Below, in pieces: positions 39,778 through 51,326 of a DNA stretch of 64,000 nt. Below the pieces are notes generated by a model. The model was not told the DNA's origin. It ran no database searches and saw only the letters and a program-made list of their open reading frames with translations. This DNA comes from a virus. Numbering within the stretch: the first letter of the stretch is position 1; every line of letters begins with the position of its first letter. Location of the stretch: positions 56,009-120,008 of IMG/VR virus record IMGVR_UViG_3300046167_000884; one strand, written 5' to 3'. Position numbers and translations under genes: made by a program.

Positions 39778-41803
39778 ATGGCAACCAATTCAGAATTAGA
39801 AAAAGGTAAAAATCTTATAAAAGACCAATCTACAGAAGTTGGTTTTTTAGATAGTGCCTTTAAATCATTAGCAGCTACTATATCTACTACTCTAGAAGAT
39901 GCTATTGATAATATGAATGGTTTAGATACTGTTGCTAAAAAAGTAGCACAATCCTATAATAGAGATATTACAAATTCTATTAAAAAATCAACTTCAGGAT
40001 TAGAAGAAACAATTGCACTTCAAATTAAAATAAAAAAGGGGCAAAATGTTGAAGCAGACATTAAGAAAAAAATGTTAGCTCTTGAAGTAAGAAGAAATGT
40101 AACTCTTAAAAAAATAATTCAAGCTGGTAAAGAAGCAGGAGTAGATACCATGGAATTAAAAGTTGCTTTAGCAGAGCAATATGATATAGAAAAGGCAAAT
40201 CTTCAAGCTCTTGAAGAACAAAATGATGCAAGGCAAAACAGTAAAAGTTTATTAGAACTTAGTGCTGAGGCTGGAAAAGGACTTGCAGATAAAATAGATA
40301 AATCTGGTACCCTTTCTAAAATATTAGAAGGTAATATTGGAGAAGTTGTTAATTTATCTAGGTTAGGTGAATTATCCTTACTTGCTATGGGTACTGCTAT
40401 CCTTAAGGGTAGTGAAAATATGGCTAAATTAGCCCAAACAACGGGGATATCTAAAGAGGCTGCTTTTGAACTACAAAAATCACTTAACCAATCAGCAATT
40501 GATTCCGGAAATGTTGCATTTACAGGAGAAAAAGCTACAAAGGCTTTTGCTGCATTATCCAAAGAAACAGGTTTAGTTGCTGACTTTGGGGGTCAAACAT
40601 TAGAGACATTCTCAATGTTAACTAATAAACTCGGTTTAGCAGAAGATGCTGCGGGTTCATTAGCAACTATGGCCAGACTGCAGGGTAAAGAAACTGAAAA
40701 AATATTAAGTGATACTGTAGACACAGCAAGTGCAATTGCAAAACAAGCAGGAGTTGGTATTAATGTAAAAGGAGTTTTAGAAGATGTTGCTAGTGCAAGT
40801 GCTTCTATAAAGGTATCTTTAGGATCTAATCCTGAACTTCTTGCTGAAGCTGCTACTAATGCTGCTTTATTAGGTACTAATTTAGCAGGTGTTGATGCTA
40901 TAGCAAATAGTTTACTAGATTTTGAAACTTCTATAAAAAATGAACTAGCAGCAGAAATGTTGCTAGGTGCAGATATTAATTTAGAAAAAGCTAGACAATT
41001 AGCTTTAACTAATGATTTAGCAGGTTTATCCGAAGAAATAGCTAACCAAGAAGAAATCACGGCTTCATTTGCCAATGGGAATAGAATACAACAAGAGGCA
41101 GCAGCCGCTGCTTTAGGATTAAGTAGAGATGCTTTATCTGAAATGGTAATGAAACAACAACTAAATGCTCTATCAGCTGAAGAATTTAAAAATACTTATG
41201 GTGAAGCTACATATGAACAAATGCAATCTGTTTCAGCCCAAGAAAAATTAGCTTTATCTGCGGGTAAAATGAAAGATGCAATTTCCCAAATTGGTTTAGC
41301 ATTTGCTCCTTTTCTTGATGGTTTAGCAAAAGGTGTTTCCTTATTAGCTGAGTCTAAAACATTCTTAACTGTTATGGGGGGCTTATTAGCAGGTTTAGCT
41401 GCTAGGCAAGCAGCTTTAGCAGCAATAAGTTTTGCAACCGCAGTTTCAAAAATATTTGCTGGATTCTCACCTCTTGGCCCATTAGGAATCCCAGGGTGCA
41501 ATAGCTGCAGTTGCAGGTATGGGGGGTTTAATAGCAGGAGCCTCATCTGTAATAGGAACAGCTGATGATATGATTGCTCCTCCAGGATATGGAGATAGGA
41601 TTTTATCAACACCTAAGGGATCAATTGCTTTAAATAACCAAGATTCTATAGTAGCAGGAACCAATTTAAGTGGTGGGGGAGGAAATAGTATGAACGAAAC
41701 AAATGCATTATTAAATCAAATTCTTAATAAACAAGGTACAGTAAAAATGAACGCAACTAGTGTTGGTACAGCATTTAGTGTAAATTCACGACAAATACAA
41801 TAA
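39778..41803 (+). CDS. Tape measure protein, extra G near 41496
   Basis: Ala/Leu-rich helical protein with hydrophobic C-terminal part; GIPGAIAAVAGMGG restored by removing one G; motif at 39756. Confidence 0.8.
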
Positions 41804-41830
41804 TTCAATATTTATAATAAAACAATAATT

Positions 41831-42037
41831 ATGGGACTTTTAGACAAATTACAAACACAAGGAGGTTCAAACCTATCTAATTTAAATGGTGCAACTCCAT
41901 CAACACCCAATTTTCAACAATCAAAACTACATGATACATATTCAGTAGATGGTATTCCAACTTTAACTGGCAAACCCGCTCCATCTAATTTAGATTCAGC
42001 TGACCCAGTAAAATATTTAGATAATTTACCTCGATAA
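41831..42037 (+). CDS. Small tail-region protein
   Basis: 68 aa; motif at 41808. Confidence 0.6.
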   Translation: MGLLDKLQTQGGSNLSNLNGATPSTPNFQQSKLHDTYSVDGIPTLTGKPAPSNLDSADPVKYLDNLPR

Positions 42038-42044
42038 ATAAAAT

Positions 42045-43189
42045 ATGGCTCTTAGAGAATTAACAACTAACCTTAAATCCTTAAGGTATGGAAAAGATCG
42101 TATAGGTGGAGGAAGTAGCAAAGAACCTTTTGTTACCGATTCTATAAACAGTACTCCTGGAGATACTGGTGGTCCTGATTTTCTTTTAAGAGCAAATACT
42201 TTAAGTAGAACAGGAGATGACTTATCTAGGATAGGTCAATTTATGATATCCCCTAAAGGATTACAATTTGCAGCAAAACAAAATGTATTATCTAGATCAG
42301 GAGTAAGAGTACAATCAAGTTCGGATATTAGTTTTAACCCTATAAATGATGGGGTATATTTACCTACTTCTACTTTAGCCCAAGTAGCGGTTAATGCTGG
42401 GGGAGGCCATTTATTAAAACAGGGATTAAATCCCTTTAGAAACACAAAACCTGATGATGCTAATACAGGAATTGGGTTTATTGATAGCATACTAAATACT
42501 GAGTTACCTCTATCTCAACCAATGTATGCTCAAAGAGTTAAAACTAACCAACCCCCTTCAAAAAATAGATTAACTCAATTAGTAAATAGCAAAATAGGGG
42601 ATATCTCAATCCAATTCTAATAATAACCCTATTAATTCATTTTTAGATCAAATTACAAGTAGTGGAGTTGGAGGATTTTTTGGAGGGTTACTTAATAATC
42701 TAACAAAACCTTCATCAGCTAATGGTTTAAATATTTCTCAAAACGCAAATGAAATATTAAGATATAATGGAGGACCAGGTTCAGCCTTAGGCATTGGTCA
42801 AACTGCAATTAGTAGAGTAGTTGATTCTCAAGCATATACCGAAAATGAAAATTTTAGCAAATATAATTATTTACTAAATTATTCAAATATAATAGGTAAA
42901 ACAGGGGATGGGAATATATAGTACTTCTACCCCTAAGGGAACAACAATGGTTGATTTTAGATCAGATTTGATTGATGCCCAAAAAGATGGAATAAACAAA
43001 GATGTTTTATCTACTTCTTTAAATTATGCAGACTCAAAAGAAAGATTAGGAGGAAGAGTTAATATGGGTGATCCTGGTAGAAAAGGAAGAAATCTTATTA
43101 ATTATACTATTGGAGTACAAGAAGGTGGCAAGCCAACTGGTCCTTTAGATAAGATTAATGCCTTACCTTTATACTCAAGCCACAAATGA
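42045..43189 (+). CDS. Baseplate-region protein, extra G near 42600 and 42910
   Basis: Three consecutive +1 frames join; the middle frame (42601-42918) reads ISQSNSNN...YNGGPGSALGIGQT. Confidence 0.55.
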
Positions 43190-43968
43190 TAACTGGGATA
43201 CTGCCTGTTATTAATGATTTGGTTAAATTTAGAATTGGTATATTAGATAACAATAAAGAAGGTAATTATAAGACTTATGTACATTTTAGATCATTCATAG
43301 ATTCATTCTCAGACAATTATAGTGCTGATTGGAAAAACCATCAATATATGGGTAGAGGAGAAAGTTTTTATAGCTACGGTGGTTTTAAAAGGCAAATAAG
43401 TATGGCTTGGACTGTCGCAGCTTTATCTATTGATGAACTAATCCCAATGTATCAAAAATTAAATTTTTTAGCTTCAAGTTTAGCACCTGATTATAGCCCT
43501 CAGGGATATATGCAAGGAAATATTGCTTACTTAACTATGGGGGGGTATTGTTATGAACAACCTGGTATAATTACTGGTATTAATATTTCTCCTATGAAAG
43601 AATCCCCATATGAAGTAAATCTCAATAGCACCGGGGGTACTAAACAAGGTAAAGGAGATGGTGGTAAAAAAACAAAAGAATTAGCAATGTATGTAAATGT
43701 TACAGGGTTTAATTTTATTCCTCTTCATAATTTTGTTCCAAGAATACAACAAAATACATATTTTGGGGCTGATACTGAAGGAGGAGGAGGTGGTAAGTAT
43801 ATTTCTAAATTTGGTAAAGAAAGATTTATATCATTAAAAAATGCAGTAAATAATAATTATGCGTCAAATAATTTTACAAGACCACAACCAAAAGAAAATA
43901 ATAATAATGATAACCAACAAGTAAATAAAACAGAACAATCACAAGGGTTAAATAATTCAACAGAATAA
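43186..43968 (+). CDS. Baseplate/tail-tube initiator-like protein
   Basis: FSDNYSADW...YMGRGE.FYSYGGFKRQISM; synteny. Confidence 0.6.
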   Translation: MITGILPVINDLVKFRIGILDNNKEGNYKTYVHFRSFIDSFSDNYSADWKNHQYMGRGESFYSYGGFKRQISMAWTVAALSIDELIPMYQKLNFLASSLAPDYSPQGYMQGNIAYLTMGGYCYEQPGIITGINISPMKESPYEVNLNSTGGTKQGKGDGGKKTKELAMYVNVTGFNFIPLHNFVPRIQQNTYFGADTEGGGGGKYISKFGKERFISLKNAVNNNYASNNFTRPQPKENNNNDNQQVNKTEQSQGLNNSTE

Positions 43969-43971
43969 ACT

Positions 43972-44275
43972 ATGAGTAGGTATAACACAACAAATAAATA
44001 TACAACGAATAGGAGACGTCCTCATTATGGGACAACTAAATACCCTGTTATTCCTTTAAGTTCTAGTGATATTTACGTTATAACCCAAGAAGGTGATAGA
44101 TTTGATCAATTAGCACTTCAATATTATGGTGATTCTAGTTTATGGTGGGTTATAGCATGTTCTAATCCTGGTTTAAAACAAAATTCATATTACCCCCCCT
44201 ATAGGAATTCAAATTAGAATCCCTACAAATTTATCAGAAGTGATATCAGAACAACAGTTATTAAATGAAAGATAG
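43972..44275 (+). CDS. LysM-like baseplate protein, extra C near 44194
   Basis: ITQEGDRFDQLALQYYGDSSLWWVIACSNP; +1 frame continues PIGIQIRIP...*. Confidence 0.75.
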
Positions 44276-44277
44276 TT

Positions 44278-47200
44278 ATGACAGGAAATTTACTTGGAGA
44301 AAAATTTGATAAATACGTTTTTGAACAAATAAATCAAAGACAAATACTTTCTGGCAAAGGATATCAAGGAGGAGCATCTAAAAATCTAAAACCAGATGAT
44401 CAAATATTACTTAACAATAATACCTCTTTTTTAAAATTAGCTTCTGGGATTAATATTTTCCAACCTCAACCTGAAATAACAAAAAAAGAATTAGAAGGTA
44501 GTGGAGAATTAGTTGAAGAGCAAAAAGCAATCCAAGGCCCAGTAGAAGAATCTACTTCAAACCCAAATGATCTTTTATTTACCCAAAACTCTACTTTAGG
44601 AACATCTACAGATAATGATGCCGTAGCGGCTAATGATGCTGTAGTAGATAACATTAATGAGCAAATAAAAGAAAATAATACCTTACAAGAGATTGCAGCT
44701 AATAATAAACTAGCTAGAATAGGATTATCTGTTAATGAAATAAAACAATTTTCGCAAGGTAATACTTTAGCTAAAAGTGCTGTATTATTTTCTGGTTTAT
44801 CTTCTTTATCTGGGAATACCCTACAACAAAGAGAAGGAATATCAAAATCTTTAAGTAGATGGAATTCAAAATCAGTATATGGGTTAGGAGGAAGTAAATT
44901 TGGAAAGCAACCTATGCCCGGGATTATATCTGCTGAAATAAAATGTATAAATAGGGGTTCTATACGAAGTGCAACAATTCAAATTAAAGCACACAACCAA
45001 TTCCAGTTTGATTTACTAGAATTACTCTATATGAGGTTAGGATATACCATGTTACTAGAATGGGGTCACATGAATTATATTGATAATAATGGTAAAAGAC
45101 AAAAAGTAGGTACTACATTAACTGAAACTTTATTTTTTAAAAATGAAGAAAGAGATCAAAATGAAGTATTAGAAAAAATTCAAGAACAAAGAATTAACTA
45201 TCAAGGAAACGTTGATGCTTTTTTTGGAAGAGTTACTAATTTTAGTTGGCAATTTTCTAAAGATGGAACCTATGATATTACTTTAGAATTGTATACTTTA
45301 GGAGACGTTATTGAATCACTAGCTATTAATGTACCCGTATCAGTACCCCCAGCATTACAAGCAAATGAAGATAAAACAAAAAGAATTGCAAATTACACTA
45401 TTTTAGAAAAATGGATGGATAGTTATATTGCAAGTTATGGTAAAAATGCTATAAGTGGTAATGGTAAATACATCAATTTAACTTCTCTTAATTATAATAA
45501 TGGTAATTACCTTTATAAACTAAAAAATGGGTGGGATAAAGATAATAGATATTATTGTACCTTTAAAGAGTTATTACTTAAAATTGTAGAATATTGTATC
45601 CCATTAGTTGTAGGTAAAACAACCTACCCTATGGTAAACTTTGATTTAGATGAAGAATATAATATAGTAAGTGCTCAACCTAACCAACTTTCCTTTGATC
45701 TAGAAACTTGTTTTATTAAACCTAGACCTTATATGCCAGGTATAAGTCCTTTCAATGCTGTCACTAACTCTAATATTAAAGATTATTTTGTTTTAGATAC
45801 AGAAAATAAAAAAGACTTATATTATGGTCAATTAATGAACTGCTATCTTAATTTTAAATTTATAAAACAACAATTAAAAAAGAATATTGGTAAAGATGGA
45901 AAACTAACTTTATATAAATTTTTAGTTGGAGTGTGTGATGGAATTAATAGTGCTTTAGGTGATGTTAATAAAATCCAACCCATTATAAAAAATGGAAATG
46001 AAATTGTATTTGTAGATCAAGTTCAACCTAAAGGAAATGAAAGCATCTTAAAAAAATTAATCCCTACTATACCTAAAACAACCGAATATCCTTTTGAGTT
46101 ATATGGGTTTAATCAAAATAAATCAAATTTTATAAATTCATTTTCTTTTGAAAGTAAAATAGATTCTAAAACATCTACCGCCATTACAATAGGGGCAACA
46201 GCCGGTAATTCCCAAACATCTTTAAATGATGGTACAGCGTTTTCATCTTGGAATACTGGGTTACAAGATAGGTTTTCTAAAGAAATTATCCCCCCTTCAA
46301 ATATTATAGACACAAAAGCTTTAGAAAAAGCTGAAGAAGAAAAAACTGAGGAAGAACTTAAAGAAATATTTAATAGGGATGGTTTTAAAGATTATAATGA
46401 TTGGTTTGGTGAACCAACCAGATCTGGAACAGTAGAAGAAAATGGTTTTTCTTTTCCAAGAAGCACTTTTGCAGAATTTAAAACTAAATATAAACAATGG
46501 TTAATCCAAAACCCAATAACACAAACTAAAGAAGGATTCGCATCTCAGCCAAAAACTAGCCAATATTCTACTTATTTAGCAGCAGCCTTAGGGGGAAAAG
46601 CCCCAGGTATAGCACAAGATTTCGGTCAAGGAGATTCCCAATATTTAAATATAGAAAATACAGATTTTTTTAATCAACTAAAACAATCTTTTAAAGATTA
46701 TATTCAAAAAAGAGATGAAAAAATATTTAGAATAACTAATACCGCTTCGGGTCAGAGTGGTTTTATTCCTTTAGATTTAAGTATAGATATGTTTGGGTTA
46801 TCAGGAATAAAAATATATCAAAAATTACCTGTAACTACTCGTTTTTTACCTTCCCAATATACTGATGGTGGGACTAAAGATACTATAGATTTTTTAATTC
46901 AAGGTGTAGACCATTCTATCAGTAATAATAGATGGAATACTAAAATATCAACTTTATCTTACCCTAAAACAGCTACTACAGAGGTAAATATTATAGATAA
47001 TAGTTTATTTTCATTTCTTGGTGTTGATTCACCCCCTAATTTTGATTCATTTATTAAAACAACTCCTTGGAGTGCTTGTTTTATTTCATATTTAGCTAAA
47101 TCAACGGGGGTTAATTTTCCTGCTAGATCTGCTCATAGACAATATGCTAATGTTATTAGAGCTGGTGGAGCTGGATGGAAAGCCTTTATCCCAACAAGAT

Positions 47201-47787
47201 ATATATCAAATTCATCCCCTGCTTCTTTTACTCAACAATTAAACTCAAACTTAAACCCTACCAATCTAACCGTATATGGTGAAAATGGTTTTAAAGGAAT
47301 TCAAGTGGGAGATATAATTGTTAAAAATAGATCTGGAAATACTTTAAATTTTTTCACAAACCCTTATGAAGGAAATACCCATGGTGACATAGTAGTTGAA
47401 GTTGGGGAAACCCAAATAACAGTTATAGGCGGAAATGTAGGTATTAATGGAAATGTAGATAAAAGATACTACCAAATTGAAAAAGAAGATGTAAACGTTG
47501 ATTATGGTGCTACTGGTGATGTAGATTACACTACAGAAGGCGCAATTAGCACATCCACAGGTGAAGGGGCAAAAGTATTTGTAGGTTTACGTTGTGATAA
47601 TCAAAGTGAAGCCTTAAAAATGGTAGCTAAAGCTAAAGAAGAATATGAATTATGGAAAAGCAAAGGATGGGGAGATGATTCAAACCCTGCAGCATTTGAT
47701 ACTGTAGCTAAATACTATGATTCTATTCCTTTATTTTATCCATCCCCTAATGAAACACAAACAGCAGTAACTGGATCAACAACTTAA
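44278..47787 (+). CDS. Baseplate hub-like protein with C-terminal CHAP/NlpC-P60-like (DUF2272-type) peptidoglycan hydrolase
   Basis: PMPGIIS...LYMRLGYTMLLEWG hub motif; PWSACFISY, SAHRQY, GDIIV, HGDIVV, IGGNV. Confidence 0.7.
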   Translation: MTGNLLGEKFDKYVFEQINQRQILSGKGYQGGASKNLKPDDQILLNNNTSFLKLASGINIFQPQPEITKKELEGSGELVEEQKAIQGPVEESTSNPNDLLFTQNSTLGTSTDNDAVAANDAVVDNINEQIKENNTLQEIAANNKLARIGLSVNEIKQFSQGNTLAKSAVLFSGLSSLSGNTLQQREGISKSLSRWNSKSVYGLGGSKFGKQPMPGIISAEIKCINRGSIRSATIQIKAHNQFQFDLLELLYMRLGYTMLLEWGHMNYIDNNGKRQKVGTTLTETLFFKNEERDQNEVLEKIQEQRINYQGNVDAFFGRVTNFSWQFSKDGTYDITLELYTLGDVIESLAINVPVSVPPALQANEDKTKRIANYTILEKWMDSYIASYGKNAISGNGKYINLTSLNYNNGNYLYKLKNGWDKDNRYYCTFKELLLKIVEYCIPLVVGKTTYPMVNFDLDEEYNIVSAQPNQLSFDLETCFIKPRPYMPGISPFNAVTNSNIKDYFVLDTENKKDLYYGQLMNCYLNFKFIKQQLKKNIGKDGKLTLYKFLVGVCDGINSALGDVNKIQPIIKNGNEIVFVDQVQPKGNESILKKLIPTIPKTTEYPFELYGFNQNKSNFINSFSFESKIDSKTSTAITIGATAGNSQTSLNDGTAFSSWNTGLQDRFSKEIIPPSNIIDTKALEKAEEEKTEEELKEIFNRDGFKDYNDWFGEPTRSGTVEENGFSFPRSTFAEFKTKYKQWLIQNPITQTKEGFASQPKTSQYSTYLAAALGGKAPGIAQDFGQGDSQYLNIENTDFFNQLKQSFKDYIQKRDEKIFRITNTASGQSGFIPLDLSIDMFGLSGIKIYQKLPVTTRFLPSQYTDGGTKDTIDFLIQGVDHSISNNRWNTKISTLSYPKTATTEVNIIDNSLFSFLGVDSPPNFDSFIKTTPWSACFISYLAKSTGVNFPARSAHRQYANVIRAGGAGWKAFIPTRYISNSSPASFTQQLNSNLNPTNLTVYGENGFKGIQVGDIIVKNRSGNTLNFFTNPYEGNTHGDIVVEVGETQITVIGGNVGINGNVDKRYYQIEKEDVNVDYGATGDVDYTTEGAISTSTGEGAKVFVGLRCDNQSEALKMVAKAKEEYELWKSKGWGDDSNPAAFDTVAKYYDSIPLFYPSPNETQTAVTGSTT

Positions 47788-47790
47788 TAT

Positions 47791-48663
47791 ATGTACTACC
47801 CAAAATCACAAATAACAACAGCTTTATATACTAGTGGTGGAGAACTTTTATTACGAAATTCTTCATATAGTGGGTATTACTATCAAACCTCTGATGGGAG
47901 ATATTTTTCAAATAAATCTCCTGATGATACCCCAACATATGAATTATTCCCTATAAATGATAATACAAATGCAAGCAGCTCATTATCACCTATAGTCCCA
48001 ACTAATAACCCTAACAAAAAGAAAAGTTATTATTTAATTAGAGGTATCTACTCAGTAATACCTGACTCATCCCAATTAGCACCATCACCTCCTACCCTTA
48101 TTTCACCTCAACCAACAGAAGAGGATTATGAATTGGGAAAATTTATTAGATATTTTGCTTATAAACCATCAACTCAAAAAACTATAGAAATAAATAAAAA
48201 AGAATACAATCAACTAACTACCCAATCCCCAAGTATACAATATGAATTATACACTCCAGTAGTACTTACTTGGGTACTAAAAGGTAAAAGACAAAATGTA
48301 TTCCAAGCTAATGGTAATTTGGTTAAATTAAAAGAAAATTCCCAAAATTTACCTAATTTTTCTAAATATTTTAAAGGAAAATATGCCCAATATTATCGTT
48401 ATGGTAAAGATGAAAATTTGTATAGTAATGGAAAAGAAATAAGGTATACTAAAAATAAAAAACCTTATATAGGTTATTACCATATTCACCCTGAAAAAGG
48501 ACCAATGGTTGGAAGACAACATAAAATGGAAGCTCATGATTATTTGGAGTTTATACCAACAGGTTCTATATTAAACCCAATTCAACCAACACCACAATCT
48601 GGTTCGTATGTAGAACCTACAAGGGAAGTAAATATTTCTATAGGAGGAAGTGGAGGTTACTAG
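47791..48663 (+). CDS. Hypothetical baseplate-associated protein
   Basis: YYPKSQI...LYTSGGE; YIGYYHIHP. Confidence 0.6.
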   Translation: MYYPKSQITTALYTSGGELLLRNSSYSGYYYQTSDGRYFSNKSPDDTPTYELFPINDNTNASSSLSPIVPTNNPNKKKSYYLIRGIYSVIPDSSQLAPSPPTLISPQPTEEDYELGKFIRYFAYKPSTQKTIEINKKEYNQLTTQSPSIQYELYTPVVLTWVLKGKRQNVFQANGNLVKLKENSQNLPNFSKYFKGKYAQYYRYGKDENLYSNGKEIRYTKNKKPYIGYYHIHPEKGPMVGRQHKMEAHDYLEFIPTGSILNPIQPTPQSGSYVEPTREVNISIGGSGGY

Positions 48664-48680
48664 ATAATTTCGTATATTTA
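48649..48680 (+). promoter_or_regulatory. Bacteroidota sigma70-type promoter heading replication genes
   Basis: AGTG-N20-TATATTTA. Confidence 0.55.
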
Positions 48681-48697
48681 GGGTAAAATAAGGTTAT

Positions 48698-49969
48698 ATG
48701 TACTGGCTTGTAGAAGACGAAGAGCAGTTAAATGTTTTAATAAATAGTGGTTATAAAGAGGCTTTCATTGAGGTAATACCTTATAATGACACAATACACC
48801 CCGTACAAAACCACGTTAGTTTAGTGTATATTAGACCGATTGAAGCGAGTAAAGGCTTTATGATATGCATTACGCATAGTGAATGTTTAAATGCGTTAAA
48901 CACGCGTATAAACGATTTACTAAACAAATTTGAAGTATTATATTGTCGTGATAAAAAGGAAATATTACACTATTTTCCAATCAAAACTCTTTATGACATA
49001 ACACCACCCCCTCATACGTATATACGACCTACAACACAAACACATGATTTATATTATCGTGAACACAAAGATAATCCGGAGTTAAACTTAATTATACCAA
49101 TTGTTAAACATTATGAATTGTGTGAAACGATTTTTAGAGATCTAAAAGCGAATATTAACATAGAAAAAACCAAATATGATGAATTCTTTAACAGTAAAGT
49201 ATCCGTGGTATTCAACGCCATCGAGAGAAGTGGCATACGTATACACAATGAAACCTTCAGTGAGTACTTCCACGCAGTTGACGGTGAATACGTCAACACT
49301 CAGTTCAACTTAAAAACAACAACTACAAGACCATCAAATAAATTTAAAAATGTAAATTATGCAGCACTTAATAAAGAAAACGGATGTAGAAAAAGTTTTA
49401 TACCACGTAATAATAGGTTCGTGGAAATTGATATCTCTGCTTACCATCCTAGCTTGTCTGCTCGTCTTATTGATTATGATTTTGCCGGCGTTGATATTCA
49501 CAAGCATTTTGCTTCCTTATATAGAGTGGATTATAAAAAATCGAAAGAACTTACCTTCAAGCAGCTCTATGGAGGCGTTTTTGACAATTACAAAGGCCTG
49601 GAATTCTTTCAAAAAATCGAGAAATACGTAGGAGAACTTTGGAGTAAGTTCCAAAGCGATGGGTTTGTAGAATGTAAGGTTTCTGGATATAGATATAAAA
49701 AAGAAAACTTGGATAATATGAATCCACAAAAGTTATTTAATTACATTTTACAAAATTTAGAAACGTCTACAAATGTGTTGATATTGTGGGATATACTTTG
49801 TATATTGAGAAAATATAAGACGCAGCTCGTACTATACACATATGATTCGTTTTTATTAGATGTGGATGATAAAGAAGTGAAGGTTTTAGAAGAAGTTAGA
49901 GAAGTATTTAAAAAATATAAATTAAACATTAAAGAAATAGAAGGTTATGACTACAATTTTACAGAATAA
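48698..49969 (+). CDS. Compact family A DNA polymerase-like protein
   Basis: TTTTRPS, motif A VEIDISAYHP, motif B KSKELTFKQLYGG, QNLET, motif C LYTYDSFLLD. Confidence 0.75.
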   Translation: MYWLVEDEEQLNVLINSGYKEAFIEVIPYNDTIHPVQNHVSLVYIRPIEASKGFMICITHSECLNALNTRINDLLNKFEVLYCRDKKEILHYFPIKTLYDITPPPHTYIRPTTQTHDLYYREHKDNPELNLIIPIVKHYELCETIFRDLKANINIEKTKYDEFFNSKVSVVFNAIERSGIRIHNETFSEYFHAVDGEYVNTQFNLKTTTTRPSNKFKNVNYAALNKENGCRKSFIPRNNRFVEIDISAYHPSLSARLIDYDFAGVDIHKHFASLYRVDYKKSKELTFKQLYGGVFDNYKGLEFFQKIEKYVGELWSKFQSDGFVECKVSGYRYKKENLDNMNPQKLFNYILQNLETSTNVLILWDILCILRKYKTQLVLYTYDSFLLDVDDKEVKVLEEVREVFKKYKLNIKEIEGYDYNFTE

Positions 49970-50414
49970 TCCTAATATGTATAATACAGAATATGATGTT
50001 GTATCAGACATCAAAATATTAGGAGATTTGAATAATAAATTATTTTGCACATTCACTGATTTAGATGGATTAGATGCACTTATTGAGGATATAAAAAGTA
50101 AGTATGATATTATATATAACAAACTTTTTGTACTAGAAATAGTAGGTAAAGATGAATATGTAGTTACATATAATGTTGACCAAACTAACTTAAATTCAAT
50201 CCCCGAGAATACTATTTTAGTACACCGTAAAAAGGAATCTAATACCTTATATACTATTAATGCTTTAAATGAACTTATTAAAAAGCTTAATGGTGGTGTT
50301 GTTGATACAAGCTATAAAGTAGATTGGCAGCATTATAGAAATTGTGTTTTACTTACTCAACATAATGAGTTAAACCAATTAAATACTAAAATTTATAAAA
50401 TTATTGAACTATAG
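49947..50414 (+). CDS. Conserved hypothetical protein in the replication cluster
   Basis: KLFCTFT...NTILVHRKKESNTLYTINALN. Confidence 0.7.
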   Translation: MTTILQNNPNMYNTEYDVVSDIKILGDLNNKLFCTFTDLDGLDALIEDIKSKYDIIYNKLFVLEIVGKDEYVVTYNVDQTNLNSIPENTILVHRKKESNTLYTINALNELIKKLNGGVVDTSYKVDWQHYRNCVLLTQHNELNQLNTKIYKIIEL

Positions 50415-50446
50415 TTTGGTTCCCCAAACCCTGGTTCGTATATTAC
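50415..50446 (+). promoter_or_regulatory. Bacteroidota sigma70-type promoter
   Basis: TTTG-N20-TATATTAC. Confidence 0.7.
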
Positions 50447-50487
50447 ATTCACATTAACAAAAGTTATAATTAAAATTAGTTACATTT

Positions 50488-51324
50488 ATGGATTTATCAA
50501 TGCTTAAACAGAAATTGGATACCCTCCAATCAAAACCACAGGGTGGTCAAAAGACCGATTACACAACCATTTTTTGGAGACCTACAGTAGGTAAACAACA
50601 AATTAGAATTGTCCCATCTGCGTTCAATTCAGCTAACCCATTTACAGAACTTAAGTTCTATTATGGTATTACAAATAAGGTTATGATTTCACCCCTTAAT
50701 TTTGGTGATAAAGACCCTATTGCCTTATTCGCTAGTAAACTACGTGAAGGTGAGTATAATAAAGAGAATTATGTACTTGCTAAAAAGTTAGATGCTAAAA
50801 ACCGTACCTTTGTTCCCGTTGTAGTACGTGGAGAAGAAGATAAAGGTGTTAGATTATGGCAATTTGGAAAACAAGTATATGAAGAATTATTAGCACTTGC
50901 TGTTGATGATGAAATTGGAGATTATACAGATATTGTAAACGGTAGAGATATTACTGTAGAGACAGTAGGACCAGAATCAACTGGTACCCCTTATAATAAA
51001 TCATCAGTACGTGTTAGATTAAAAACTTCACCACTTAGTGAAGATGCTTCATTAGTAGAAAAATGGACAAATGAACAACCAAACCCAACAGATGGTTTGT
51101 TTAAACGTTATTCATTTGATGAAATGAAATCTGCTCTAGAAAAATGGTTATCACCAGAAGAAGATTCTGAAGAAGTTGTAGCAGCTCCGGTTGCATCAAC
51201 TCCAAAACAACCAACAAATTTTAGTTTAGATACTACAAAAGCTAAACAAAGTAAAGTAGATCAATTTGATTCCTTATTTGATAGTAAAGATAGTACTAAT
51301 AATGGTGATGATCTACCCTTCTAA
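50488..51324 (+). CDS. Single-stranded DNA-binding protein (T4 gp32-like)
   Basis: FWRPTVGKQQIRIVP, GVRLWQFGKQVY, acidic tail ending DDLPF. Confidence 0.85.
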   Translation: MDLSMLKQKLDTLQSKPQGGQKTDYTTIFWRPTVGKQQIRIVPSAFNSANPFTELKFYYGITNKVMISPLNFGDKDPIALFASKLREGEYNKENYVLAKKLDAKNRTFVPVVVRGEEDKGVRLWQFGKQVYEELLALAVDDEIGDYTDIVNGRDITVETVGPESTGTPYNKSSVRVRLKTSPLSEDASLVEKWTNEQPNPTDGLFKRYSFDEMKSALEKWLSPEEDSEEVVAAPVASTPKQPTNFSLDTTKAKQSKVDQFDSLFDSKDSTNNGDDLPF

Positions 51325-51326
51325 AT

